Assembly (NCBI RefSeq): GCF_026210795.1
Contig: NC_089429.1
Location: 1,426,001 to 1,490,000 of the forward strand
Origin: Rhizophagus irregularis
Lineage: Eukaryota
Reading direction: 5' to 3'
DNA: 64,000 nt
The position numbers and the translations under genes were made by a program. The notes below the pieces were generated by a model. It was not told the origin of the DNA and searched no databases. It was given only the letters and a program-made list of their open reading frames with translations. Shown one piece after another: positions 1 through 11,430 of the stretch (position 1 is its first letter; the number at the start of each line of letters is the position of its first letter).

Positions 1-99
1 TATGACTTACCGAACTGATTTATCAGTTGATAATCTTTTTTTATTACAGTAAAAAAAAAGATTATTAAAAAACGGGTTTATTTTTTTTATAATGAACTC

Positions 100-910
100 G
101 GCCTTACACCCTTAAACTGAATGCGAAAGGTAAGCGGATTTATATTTTTTTTTTTAATTGATTTAAGAACGTTACTAACGTTCTTTTTCACCTTTTTCTT
201 CTAGAAACACCTTCTGGGACTGGAATTTGGCGAAATGGTAGGTTGAGAAGACTGCTGAAAAGGGGGGGAGTGTTTTTTTTATTGTAGAAAAGCTACTAAT
301 GTTCTCTTTCACCTTTTTCTTTTAGGAAAACCTTCTGGAGTAGGATTTTGGCGAAATGGTAGGTTGAGAAGACTTCTGAAAAGGGGGGAGTGTTTTTATT
401 TATTGTAGGAACGCTACTAACGTTCCTTTTCCTCTTTTTTCTTTAAGAATACTTCCCAGAACTAGAATTTGGCGAAATGGTAGGTTGGGAAGACTGCTGA
501 AAAGGGGGGAAGTGTTTTTTATTGTAGAAAAGCTACTAACGTTCTCTTTCACCTTTTTCTTTTAGGAATACCTATCATTTCAGCGAAATGGTAGGTTGAG
601 AAGACTTCGGGAGTGTTTTTTATTGTAGGAAAACTATTAATAGCGTTTCTTTTCCTTTTTTTTCTTTAAGAATACTTCCCGGAACTAGAATTTGACGGAA
701 TGGTAGGTTGGAGAGGAGGAGGAGTGTTTTTTTTGATCGTAAGAACGTAACTAATGTTCTTTTTTTCTTTTCTTTTTTTTTTATAGGAACGGATCTATCG
801 GCACTATTTCTAAAGGTAATTTAGAGGGAAAGGGTCTTTTTTTATTTTGATAAGAACGTTACTAATGTTCTTTTTTCTTCTTTTTTTATAGGTGCCGTTA
901 GAATTCGACC
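100..910 (+). repeat. Array of repeated micro-exon/intron-like units (part of a non-coding repeat element truncated by the window start)
   Basis: Units of about 120 bp (ggaatttggcgaaatggtaggttgagaagac...) separated by T-rich tracts ending in TAG. Each tract has a gaacgttactaacgttc-type hairpin with CTAAY at its centre. Confidence 0.7.
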
Positions 911-1172
911 GGATAAGAGTTTCTATGATGAGATTGGTGGGAATTTTGGAAAAAAAATATAATTTACTATCGTATTATAAGATTGACCAAATTGTCCGGG
1001 AATATATATCTCTAAAATATAATGTATAATTATAAAGATATTGTAATAATTTATAAATTTATATTGTTGTTTCGGAAATTTGATGTATAAATTGTAATTA
1101 TAATTTATTAAATTAAATCGAATAAATAAATAAATAAATAAATACGTTAAATAATTAATCAAAACAAATTAA

Positions 1173-1380
1173 TAGCTCGAGCCCAGCTTGGCTTGAGCCG
1201 AAATCTATCAAAGCTTGACTCAGCTCATTTGTTTCGAGCTAAGAATTATTATAGCTCGACTCGTATCAAGCCGAATCATAGAAATTTTTGTGACTTGGTT
1301 CGGCTTGGCTCAATATAATCTTCAAGCCGAGCTCGAGCCAGACCCTGGCTCGACTCAAGTCAGCTCATGCGGAACTTTAA
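1173..1380. mobile_element. Fragment of a hAT-like non-autonomous element end (GAGCCGAGCTCGAG subterminal repeats)
   Basis: Clustered gagccg/gctcgag/cggctt motifs ending in ...catgcggaacttta. No partner TIR or TSD seen. Confidence 0.35.
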
Positions 1381-1544
1381 CCAAAATTGCTGTTCTGAAA
1401 GAACCGTTTAGTCCGTTCCTGAAGAAATAAAAAAAAAACAAAAAAAAGATCAGATAATCAAATGATTCTATTTGAGTCGATCTTTTCCCGATTTGAGTCA
1501 ATTCTGAATCAAAAATTTAATAAATAAAAAAAAATTTAAAATAC

Positions 1545-1757
1545 CGGTACCACATATCATACAAATATCGGGTGCCTGGTATACATATCGGTGACTAATA
1601 GTTTAGCTATCGGGGTCTAGGCAATTTACAATTTTAGGAATTTTCTAAGATGTAACAAATTGGGTACCCGATATGTAAAAAAGCCCAATATGTACCCGAT
1701 TAGTTACCGATATATAGGTACCCGATATGTACCCGATAGTATTGATTTTGACCAGTG
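1545..1757. mobile_element. End of a CACTG (CACTA/CMC-like) non-autonomous element
   Basis: Repeated gtacccgatat motifs ending in ttttgaccagtg, similar to the TIR and subterminal motifs of the MITE at 52530-52824. Confidence 0.55.
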
Positions 1758-2603
1758 GTAGGTTAGAAAAAAAGAAAAGAAGTGTATAATATAAATAAAA
1801 ATTAGTAAAAAATATACCTTTGTATTTATTTCACCTCTTTTTTGAAGTTTGCTGTTTAAAGAGAAAATAGATCTTGTTAATTATTTTTCTTTAATAAATA
1901 AAAAAAATAAATATTTAAATTACCTTGATGTGCGTTACTCTCATATTCTTCTGAAGATATATGATTAGATCTTCTTTTTCTTGAGTTTACTATATATAAA
2001 CTAAATTAATTTTTGATTAAATTTTTTTAAAAAAAATGCTTAGATTACCTTGATATGTGTTGCTTTCAAATTCTTTTGATTTAGAGTTTTTTTTCTTGAA
2101 TTCGCAGATATAGGATTACCATCTTGACGCACAGTATCAAAAAATGTCCGCCCTTGATGTGGAAGGTACTTAGGAACCACCTCGTCTCCCGATTAATGAG
2201 ACCCTAAGTCAGAGGAGGCTAGCCTATCGGGTACAAGTACCCTACAACTTCATCCCTAGTAGGTAGTCAAAAATCTCAGGTGGTTCCAGACCACAGCGTA
2301 CTACATGATTAGTCTTTGGACATGTTGGGATTTGATAAGTGAGAGAAAAAATAACTCCAGCACCAGCGTTTTGTAAAGAATAATAAAATAATATTTTTAA
2401 GTTAGTTCTTTCTTTATTAAATTTTTGAAAAAGTTTTATTTCTTAAAATCGTAAAAAAATGCTGGTTGCTACAACTGATGGACAATGACAAATTGTCAGG
2501 CTACCCCGGACAAAGTAATTGGAAGGCAGAAAATGTCATAAAATATCCAGTCCTATTTCATAACATTTTCCTCCAGGCTAAAGCAAATATTACAAAAGAA
2601 ATT

Positions 2604-2746
2604 GCAAATATATTTAACAAGCAATAGATACATGGCAGTTGAAAAATATATTCACACTTCATATTGTAATACCACAGTCTAACAAAGAAAGCAAATATAT
2701 TTAACAAGCAATAGATACATGGCAGTTGAAAAATATATTCACACTT
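2604..2746 (+). repeat. 56-bp direct repeat, two copies (2604-2659 and 2691-2746)
   Basis: gcaaatatatttaacaagcaatagatacatggcagttgaaaaatatattcacactt occurs twice. Confidence 0.85.
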
Positions 2747-3589
2747 ACATCAGCAAGTTTGAAAAGCGTTGATTCACACCAGTATACGCGTTGATCAACA
2801 CCAGCTAGTTGTTCAACATGATTAACAATATTAATCAACACCCATATATTGGAGTATATCAGCGCATAATGTTAATATACGCGTCGTTCAACTCTAATTT
2901 GTAGTGCAACACATTATGCATTGTTGTTCAACGCACTGTATATTAACGCATATATATGATTACATGTGTATATTTTAATTAAATTATATTTATTTATTTA
3001 TTTTTACTCACCTTAGGAACCGAACCGGTTACCTCAACTTACAATATCATATCTCACGATCTAACCACTGTACTATTTAATTTAAGTATAATATACATTT
3101 ATTAAAATTAGTATTTAAAAAAAAATCATTTCGTCAATACTATAATGGCCGTACTCTATATCACATGTATCACGTGATACTGGATTACCGCTGCGGACTG
3201 TGGTATAGCAAAAAAAGAAATTAAGCTTTTTTTAGCAAAGCTTAATTTTTTTTTGCTTTTCTTCGTTCTCCCCTTCCCTTTCGTTTTCCCATTACCCCTT
3301 CGTTCTCCCCTTCGTTCTCCCCTTCCCTTTCATTTTCCCATTACCCTTTATTTCTCCCCTTCCCTTTCATTTCGTTCTTTTCCCTTTCGTTCTCCCCTTT
3401 CTCCCCTTTCCTTTATAAAAGTTTTATCCGTTATTTCTATAAAAACTCCGTAAAAATGAGCCTTCACGGATCCATTCACAGAAAATGTAATAAGTGGATA
3501 AATTCCGTAATATAAGGTCATTAATTCCGGAGATATGAGCCTTTTACGGAAAAAAGTTTGGTGAGTTTCACAACGAAACGTTGCGAAAC

Positions 3590-4425
3590 TATTTATTCAT
3601 TTTTTAACGAAACATTTTTTAACGTTTCGAAATATTTTTTTTAAAAATTCTTTTAATCGGAATGTTGGCTAACGTTCTGATTATTTTTTTTATTTCATTT
3701 TTAATAGGAACGTTGAAAAACGTTCCGAAATATTAATTTTTTTTTAAATTCTTTTAATCGGAACGTTGGCTAACGTTCCGATTAATTTTTTTACTTCATT
3801 TTTAATCGGAAGCGTTGAAAACGTTCTGAAATATTGTTTTTTAAAAAATTCTTTAATCGGAACGTTGGCTAACGTTCTGATTTTTCATTAAAAATATTTT
3901 CGAAACGTTTTTTAACGTTTCGAAATATTTGTTTTATTTTTTTAATCGGAACGTTGTCTAACGTTCCGAAATATTTGTTTTTTCATTTTTTTAATCGGAA
4001 CGTTGCTAACGTTCCGATTTTTCATTAAAATTATTTTCGAAACATTTTTTAACGTTTCGAAATATTTGTTTTATTTTTTTTAATCGGAACGTTGGTTAAC
4101 GTTCCGATTTTTCATTTTTAACGAAACATTTTTTAACGTTTCAAAAATATTTTTTTTTCTTTTTTTTAATCAGAACGTTTTTAACGTTCGAAACAATTTT
4201 TTTTAATTTTTTTAATCGGAACGTTGGCGTTCCGATTATTTTTTTATTTTACTTTTTTAACGAAACGTTGAAAAACGTTTCATTTATTCTTTTTTTTAAC
4301 TTCTTTAATCGGAAGCGTTGTCTAACGTTCCGATTTTTTTATTTTTCATTTTTTTTAACGAAACGTTTTTTAACGTTTCGAAAATACATTTTTTTTTTAT
4401 TTTTCTTAATCGGAACGTTGGCTAA
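3590..4425 (+). repeat. Tandem array of short palindromes (atcggaacgttggctaacgttccgat alternating with cgaaacgtt...aacgtttcg)
   Basis: Directly visible. Resumes after 19468, and the mirror-image array is at about 37390-38330. Confidence 0.9.
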
Positions 4426-4931
4426 GTCGTTGGGCTGGTAGTGTGCCTCGCTACGCTCATCCCATTTCGGCCTCAACGGCCTCGCAGTACCTACATCACC
4501 CCTCCGTGGGGCAGGTTTACCTGCCACAGTACCATGGTCTGCCACAGTATTTTTCCACTTATTTTTTTTTCTACATTTTTTCTTATATATAACTTACTAT
4601 GACAACTATGGCAACTATGGCAGACTACTTAAAAACGGAATAAAAACGCGAATAAAGCCGAAATCAAACAGAATCTCCTGCCATAGTACCTGCCATAGTA
4701 CGAAAAATCTTATAATAATACTATGGCAGCCTTAGTCAGCCCCTCAGACCCCAAAACCCGATTCACGCTATGATTACCCTTTATATACTCACCTAGACCC
4801 TCCAAGTATGATTCCCTATGTCCTGAACTATGGCACCCGAACTATGGCAGCCGAACTATGGCACCCGAACTATGACCACTTACCCCCGTCAGAAAAAATA
4901 TATTCGGCAATTGAAGATTAGGTAACTATAA
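4426..4931 (+). repeat. Left terminal inverted repeat (506 bp)
   Basis: Reverse complement of 18948-19467, from gtcgttgggctggtagtgtgcc to gaagattaggtaactataa. Confidence 0.95.
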
Positions 4932-4959
4932 ATTAGTACTCGATTTGATAGAACAAAAA

Positions 4960-7436
4960 ATGGCCGCTCAAGTTCCAGCAATCTTTAACCCCAACAACCA
5001 TTTCTTCTACGATGACCTTCTTAAAAAATGTGTAGGTACACACACGAAAGAAAGCGTCAATTCAGCAATCTTGGCTTCTGTGGCTTTCATCACCACAAAA
5101 TCCGGCATGTGGATTAGAAAAAAGAAGGCTTACAATGGAAGCATATACTTCGAGTTCGCCGCAGATCTTAAGGGGATTTCTACTAAGCACAAGGTAATTA
5201 TTCGGTCAGATACCGGAGAAGACAGTGACGTGACCACATCCATCAAATTAAAGGATCTTCTTCTCCAAGCATCAATCGCAAAGATCTGTTATACAGATGT
5301 AAACTTCATGCCTTATCCCCAAATGCGCCAAAGTATAATCCTGAATTCTTCAATCTCTTCCTAGGTTTCAGGGCCCAACCCGCTAAGCGCATCAAACCAA
5401 ACCTAGTTAATCCAATCATCCGACACGTTCATGAGGTATGGTGTGCAGAGGACAAGCAATTAACTATATACATCCTCAACTGGCTCGCATTTCTAATTCA
5501 AAATCCAGACAAAAAACCCGGTACAGCAATTATCATGCGCAGTCCCCCCAGATGTGGTAAGAATATCTTAACCGATTTTATCGGAGAACGTATTCTCGGC
5601 CGTGAAAATTTCCTCTCCACTACTCGTCTTGAAGATGTAATGGGAAGGTTCAATGTGGCTGTTCGTGCCAAAAAACTTATCATCCTCAATGAATGCGATA
5701 TGTCAGGCAAGGAATGGCACGGGGCAAACAACTGACTCAAGAGTTTAATCACCGAGCCTTACATCTCTATTGAGGAAAAGGGGATAGATGTGAAGGTTAT
5801 TGATGACTTTGCTGGCTACATGATCCTCAGTAATCATGCTATGCCAATCCGCATAGAAATGGGAGATGAAAGATTTGTAGCTCTCAACGTCTCAGCCAAA
5901 TATAAGGGCAATAGAGAATACTTCGGTTCTCTCGTAAAAGTATTAGAAAATCCGGATACAGCCAGTTCCTTCATGTCCTATCTACTTAGCCGAGACTTAA
6001 CTGGCTTCAATCCCCGATCTATTCCTGATACTCAAATGAAATGGGAGTTAATTGAAGCAAGTATCCCGAATCCCCAGCGTTTTATACAATATTACCTTGA
6101 AATGATGTGGCCCGACAATTGCGACACACTTGAAATCCCGTGTACAAATTTCTATAGCACTTACCAGAATTGGTGCAGTGAGAAGGGTGAAAACAAAACA
6201 CTAAGTGACAATAAATTCGGTATGGAGATTAAACAATTTGCCCCTAAAATGCGTGTAAGCCGCTCAGGTACCTGAATAAACTATTACATACTAGATAAAG
6301 CAAAAATCGTGGAGAATTTTAGTAAAGTAATCCAAGATGTACAAGACGTACAGGAAGCACCAGTAGAGGGAGTAGAGTTAGTTGCCGAGAAACCCGCTGA
6401 GGAAAAACCCGCTGAGAAAAAACCCGAACCTGCTGAGGAAAAACCCACTGAGAAAAAACCCGAACCCGCTGAGGAAAAACCCGCTGAGAAAAAACCCGAA
6501 CCCGCTGAGGAAAAACCTGCACCTGTAATTCGCAAGACTCCTCCACCGCTTCCACCCAAGCCTGACCACTTAAAAGAACGTCCACAAGAGTTAAGAAAAG
6601 AACAACCAGATCCCGATGAAGATACTAATGAGTCAAACACCGATAAATCTATAGATAACTTCTCAGATTGTTATCTATCTGACGAGGAACCCGACCAAAA
6701 AGAATCTATCCCCGAGCCAGATAACTACGACGTTTTAGATGACTTGCTATCTGACTCAGATTTTACAACTGTGAACCCAGCTCCTGAACAACAACCCAAG
6801 TATCCCGCAGAATCTTCTGCATCTGTCACTAAGCCTGACCCAGAACCGGCTTCTGAAGAGCAATTTATCCCAGAACCCGACACAGAACCAGAAGTTGACC
6901 GGGATCCTGAACCAAAGGAAGGCACTCGAGCGCACTGGGCTTGGCAAGAAAGACACCGATGGGATCGCAAACCATGGGTTAAAAATTTAAAGGACCAGGT
7001 CTTCAATGATCTCTACAATACAGGTAAGGAATTATGGGCCAAGTACCAAGACGCGTCAGACGAATATGACTGGGAAATACTCGCGTTTGAAATAGAGGAA
7101 TGTCCCACAACGCGTATTGAGGACGAGTACCAGTACTACCTTATGGAGGTAGTAGACCGCTTCAAGGACTGGATTGAATATAATGGATACTTACCTAAAA
7201 TACCTAGCCGTAAAGAACTCGCAGATTTAATAAGAATATACAAGGAGAATCGTAATGCCGAGATTATTCCCATCCCCTCTGGTTATGAAACTATGAGGGC
7301 AGATAAAAGTAAAGCGCGAGAGATCCCCGAGGAATGTCCAAAAACTGATATGGAACGTGAATGGGAGGCCGCCAATGGAATCATTGATGACTGGGACGAA
7401 GAGGATACTGAGGGCGCTATCAACGACATATTGTAA
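4960..7436 (+). pseudogene. SF3 (D5/NrS-1-like) helicase with a long acidic, proline-rich C-terminal extension; disrupted
   Basis: ORFs 4945-5364, 5535-5735, 5790-6275 and 6309-7436 join into one reading frame with a 1-nt loss in the C-run near 5317-5320 and two in-frame TGA codons (5733, 6273). Motifs: FNLFLGF, LNWLAFLIQNPDKKPGTAIIM, Walker A SPPRCGKN, Walker B LIILNE, motif C MILSN, winged-helix-like FYSTYQNWC...KFG. Confidence 0.85.
6385..6520 (+). repeat. 36-nt coding tandem repeat (AEEKPAEKKPEP)
   Basis: gctgaggaaaaacccgctgagaaaaaacccgaacc repeated about 3.5 times. Confidence 0.9.
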
Positions 7437-7522
7437 GCGCTATTTGAGATTATTTCTTTTTTTTTTTTGTATATATATAGAAAGATATTATTTATAGTTG
7501 AAGACAAATCATATACATAAAA

Positions 7523-9376
7523 ATGCAATACTCAAGAATTGCCCACACTTTACCAACACGACCTGACATCAAGGAACTTCAGTATTCCGGTGCTCGCTTT
7601 TCCAGAGGAGCTATCGCCAGACTCGGTCAGACTCTCCAGACGCGATTTCCAGATAGAAAGTTCCAGATCCTACTTCCCTATGAAAACTGGAAACCCGGTG
7701 GATGGACATCAGGAAACCAACCAGCCAGCCTCTTTTCACTATTAGACCATTATGATGAAGCACAACTACCGGATGACGCAGACCCTGATTATTTTGAACG
7801 ATTCATAATTTATGCAAGAGATAGTCCACCGGCCACAGGAGGATGCAATGGGGAGCTAAATGATTGCCTGTATGAATGCCTAAAAAATATTTACGGCACA
7901 TTCTCTAAAATGCCAAAGTCAATCGAAAAGCCCGAGTATATCAAAAAGGCATTAAGTCTCAATCGCGATGCTCCCATCCCAGTTTCATGCATGGACAAGG
8001 TTGAACAACTCGCAGGAAGTCTCGCAATTAATATTGTGGGGGACATTACCCGAATCTCTAAGAGTAAGTCTGATAGACGTGCGACTCTCATCCTATCAGA
8101 AGGCCATTACTCCCTCACGTTAAATCCTGGAAGACTCCACCCCAGTAAAATAGATAGAAAGCGTAATTTACCCATTGTATACTATGAAGATGGGACCAAT
8201 AATGTAGTCACAATATACAACGGCAAAACAGTTAAGTCTTGCACAATTGCGCAGTTTCAAAAGACTAAGAATTCCAAGAGTTCTTTCATCCCCGTCGAGA
8301 AAAACTGTAAGACTGGAGTATATGAAACTCTTGAAGAAGCATATCAGAGAATCCACGAGGAGCGGGATGTCTTCTTACAAACTACAAAGAAGTTCAGTTT
8401 AGGAATCGACTTATCATACCATAACTGGTCTTACAAAAGAACGGCTCTCTGGTTATTCGAACGATTAAGTGTAGGGATTCCAGCCAATGATCCTCTTGAC
8501 CCGATAGAAGCAGAGTGGTTAAGTGATGCAATGATGGGAGGATTAATCTGGGCAGTTAACGAGTGGAAAGGCTATGGAAGACAGTACGATGCAACAAGTT
8601 TATACCCGAGTATCCAACAATCGAACGTGAACTTTCCAATCAGACAGGGTAAATTCCAGACACTTAATGACTTTGTTGACCACAGGGGTTATGCCTTGTA
8701 TGGATTATTCCATGCTAAGGTAAGTGGGAATAATATTCTCTTCCGACAGAATAAAAGGGGAATCTATACATTCATCGACTTACAACGAGCAAAAAAACTT
8801 GGTCTCAATATACAGTTAATACAGGATGGGAAGCCAAATGCATTGATATATGATAGAGAAGCGAGAATCCCTGGAACTGTAATATTCGGTGAGTATGTAC
8901 ACTTCCTCTTCAAAATTAAAAACCAGGGTGGCGTAGCTGGCCGCGTGGCAAAGCGAGTCCTCAACACATTATGGGGAGCATTATGCCAGAGGAAGCGTAA
9001 TTACAAGACACTCACCGCAGATCAAACAGACCCATTTACATTTCCAGAGGGCCATACACTCGACTCTATCATACCAGTAGGATCTGACCAGTGGCGATTC
9101 CAGTTCACAAACCCGGGTAATCCCTTCAAAGGTGAGTATCCCAGGATCGCCCCATTCTTATTAGCACGTGGTCGCAAAATCACATCTGAGGCAATTCAAC
9201 CATACAAGGATAAAGTACGACATATCCATACGGATGGATTTATTTTAGAAGAGCAGCCAGATAGCCCCGCGCTTTTCACTTGTTCAGAGAATGCAGATAC
9301 GACTCTAAAGACTTTCAAGTTTGAAACCGCGGGATACTGCCATGTGAAAAATGCGAACAAGGTTATCTGGACATGA
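7523..9376 (+). CDS. polB: Divergent family-B DNA polymerase (probably protein-primed type) with putative OTU-like N-terminal domain
   Basis: MMGG pre-motif, motif A YDATSLYPS, motif B KRVLNTLWGAL, motif C HIHTDG. N-terminal NDCLYECL...GHYS. Intact 617-aa ORF. Confidence 0.85.
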   Translation: MQYSRIAHTLPTRPDIKELQYSGARFSRGAIARLGQTLQTRFPDRKFQILLPYENWKPGGWTSGNQPASLFSLLDHYDEAQLPDDADPDYFERFIIYARDSPPATGGCNGELNDCLYECLKNIYGTFSKMPKSIEKPEYIKKALSLNRDAPIPVSCMDKVEQLAGSLAINIVGDITRISKSKSDRRATLILSEGHYSLTLNPGRLHPSKIDRKRNLPIVYYEDGTNNVVTIYNGKTVKSCTIAQFQKTKNSKSSFIPVEKNCKTGVYETLEEAYQRIHEERDVFLQTTKKFSLGIDLSYHNWSYKRTALWLFERLSVGIPANDPLDPIEAEWLSDAMMGGLIWAVNEWKGYGRQYDATSLYPSIQQSNVNFPIRQGKFQTLNDFVDHRGYALYGLFHAKVSGNNILFRQNKRGIYTFIDLQRAKKLGLNIQLIQDGKPNALIYDREARIPGTVIFGEYVHFLFKIKNQGGVAGRVAKRVLNTLWGALCQRKRNYKTLTADQTDPFTFPEGHTLDSIIPVGSDQWRFQFTNPGNPFKGEYPRIAPFLLARGRKITSEAIQPYKDKVRHIHTDGFILEEQPDSPALFTCSENADTTLKTFKFETAGYCHVKNANKVIWT

Positions 9377-9469
9377 TTGCTAAGAACTGGTAGGTTTATT
9401 TTTTACCGACATACCGTGATAGCATAATTGAATAAACCTATAGAACATGTAATCTTACAAGATACCCAA

Positions 9470-9964
9470 ATGCAAAACACCGACGGATTAGGTAGACAAG
9501 ACGATGAAAGTTTCCACACGTGGGCTAAGCGCATTCAGAATGCTGTGCAATATTATGAGACTTGTAGTAGAATAGGTTTTCATAGGCGGCTACCTTATCC
9601 AAGGTCTCGTCAAGCTGTATATGCTTATATTGTGCACATTAGGAGAATAGTATCACGACTACCAAATAGGTGGTACTGTACCTACTGTAAATCTTTTATT
9701 GATCGCGGATGGGGAGCCGATGCTTCCATGGATCAAGCGGTACGACTACATTTATATAGTTGCTCGAAGCATTTTAATTTCGACTATTATACTCATCATG
9801 CTGAAACGATCCAAAAAGCCTTTAGGAGATATATAGAAAGAAGGAACAATAAAGCGGCTAAGATTATCCAGAAAGTCGCTATCCCCTGGTTATATAGACC
9901 AGGCTCTCTATTGATACAAAAGGCTGAGCGACGCTTCTACTGTCTTGCAGTATCCCAAGTGTAA
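9470..9964 (+). CDS. Hypothetical protein with CxxC/His zinc-finger-like segment and two IQ-like motifs
   Basis: WYCTYCKSF...HLYSCSKH; AETIQKAFRRY and AAKIIQKVAIPW. First ATG at 9470, preceded by the element's upstream motif. Confidence 0.6.
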   Translation: MQNTDGLGRQDDESFHTWAKRIQNAVQYYETCSRIGFHRRLPYPRSRQAVYAYIVHIRRIVSRLPNRWYCTYCKSFIDRGWGADASMDQAVRLHLYSCSKHFNFDYYTHHAETIQKAFRRYIERRNNKAAKIIQKVAIPWLYRPGSLLIQKAERRFYCLAVSQV

Positions 9965-10045
9965 ACCCGAGGTTCATATTTATTTTTTCTCATTCGAATG
10001 AACAGGTAACTGAAGATTTATATTTTTTACAAAGTACAAAGAATC

Positions 10046-10516
10046 ATGTCAACATATACCGAATTCGCAAGCATTGTTAACAGCACTGACAGCACTAGTG
10101 AGGAGATTATTTACGAGGCATCGCGCATTCAGCCTAGTGTTATCACTGATGAAACTGTCCCCAAGATTATTCGCGCATTAAAAGATACTATAGTAGTCGC
10201 ATTAGTATCTGGGTTTAGCAAAACCAGTTACCTCGTCCAGGACCACGTGAAGTATATCAAGCGAATCCAGACGGCAAATTCTCCTGTATCATATGTGAAG
10301 TTCGTGGCCAGAAAACTCTTCCCAGATAATGCGGCATATACTGCTAAAATAGCAAAAATCTGCGAATCATACAAGAATAAACAAGCTCTCCTAGATAAGC
10401 TTGAGGCCCTCTTCGAATTGTATTATAATGCGACTAAGGACTCATCAACCGGTCCCCCAAAGCGAGCTATTACTAAAAACGAGGCTGAGAAAACCTTAAC
10501 AGAACTTCTTGCATAA
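10046..10516 (+). CDS. Hypothetical protein (156 aa)
   Basis: Intact ORF flanked by the element's upstream motif and a downstream T-tract. No domain recognised. Confidence 0.65.
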   Translation: MSTYTEFASIVNSTDSTSEEIIYEASRIQPSVITDETVPKIIRALKDTIVVALVSGFSKTSYLVQDHVKYIKRIQTANSPVSYVKFVARKLFPDNAAYTAKIAKICESYKNKQALLDKLEALFELYYNATKDSSTGPPKRAITKNEAEKTLTELLA

Positions 10517-10609
10517 GCGGCTCCTGTACGAATTTAGTTTATATTTTTTATCTATTTATAATGGGCATACAGTAATTGAAGATAGCTATAGTATAAGTAA
10601 CATAACATC

Positions 10610-10985
10610 ATGTTGGACCGATTACCAGTAGAAATAGTCGAACGCATTGTCGCAAAGATCCCGGATACTGACCTTATTGCAGTGAGTAAGGTAAATAAAG
10701 TGTGGTGGCAGGAAGTTCGTCAAGAGGCATATAAGAGGTGGAAAAATTATGCCACTACGATCGGGTATGTCCGAGCTCTTGGAAAGCCATTCAAAAAAGG
10801 GAATGTTGACTGGATAACACTTGAAGATGTAAACGACTTCTATAAAAGGCCTCACCAAGGATCAGCTTTATATTATGGAGAAAATGCTTAGGAATGGGAT
10901 GGTCGTGGACTTCCAAGAGAGGGAAACCATAGAGCATGCATTAAGTGAACATAGATGGGGAGGCGATCCTTGGGGAGTGGTATGA
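10610..10985 (+). pseudogene. F-box protein, frameshifted near 10850
   Basis: MLDRLPVEIVERIVAKIPDTDLIAVSKVNKVW fits the F-box consensus. Another frame continues LTKDQLYIMEKMLRNG...WGGDPWGVV* to 10985. Confidence 0.7.
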
Positions 10986-11339
10986 ATAAACTCAACAGGA
11001 GTAAGCATTTTGTACTTGACTTTCGTAAGAATTACCCTGCAGAGTCATATTTTTTAGATCCGGCCGGCATTACCGCGTAATCCCGAATTACCGAAAAAGG
11101 AAATTTATGTTACACAAGATTACAAACGCATTTTTACCAAAATCGATTTTTTGTGGAACTGGTATCGCCCAAAAAGGAAATGATCTACGTACCCGCATGA
11201 AGTCACATGACATCGAAATTATTAGATCGAGAGATCGTGTCCCGATCTCAAAGTTTAGCACTTTTTTTATACACTGTACTGTAAAAAATTCCACGGTTTT
11301 TCCATGAATGCATTTTAGGCCAATAATCCAATAACTTAT

Positions 11340-11430
11340 TCATCAGGTATCCTCGTGTTTCGCGACAAGGACTGATGACCATGTAACCTCATCATCAGGT
11401 ATCCTCGTGTTTCGTGACAAGGACTGATGA
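11340..11430. repeat. Two tandem hairpin units (period about 53 bp)
   Basis: tcatcaggtatcctcgtgtttcgYgacaaggactgatga occurs twice; each is self-complementary (tcatcag/ctgatga, tcct/agga). Confidence 0.8.

Noticed and set aside
3253..3453. Pro/Phe/Ser-rich ORF (and counterparts at 38209-38742 and 54523-54817)
   Set aside because: Translation of a polypyrimidine/polypurine microsatellite inside non-coding repeat elements.
3590..4425. Palindromic repeats with spacers resembling a CRISPR array (also 19480-20520 and 37390-38330)
   Set aside because: Spacers are low-complexity A/T tracts, repeats are degenerate, there are no cas genes, and the context is eukaryotic TE DNA.
4960..7436. Four separate genes, or a UGA-reassigned genetic code
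   Set aside because: They join into one helicase ORF with one indel and two TGA codons. Trp is encoded by TGG throughout and TGA ends polB, so decay is the simpler explanation.
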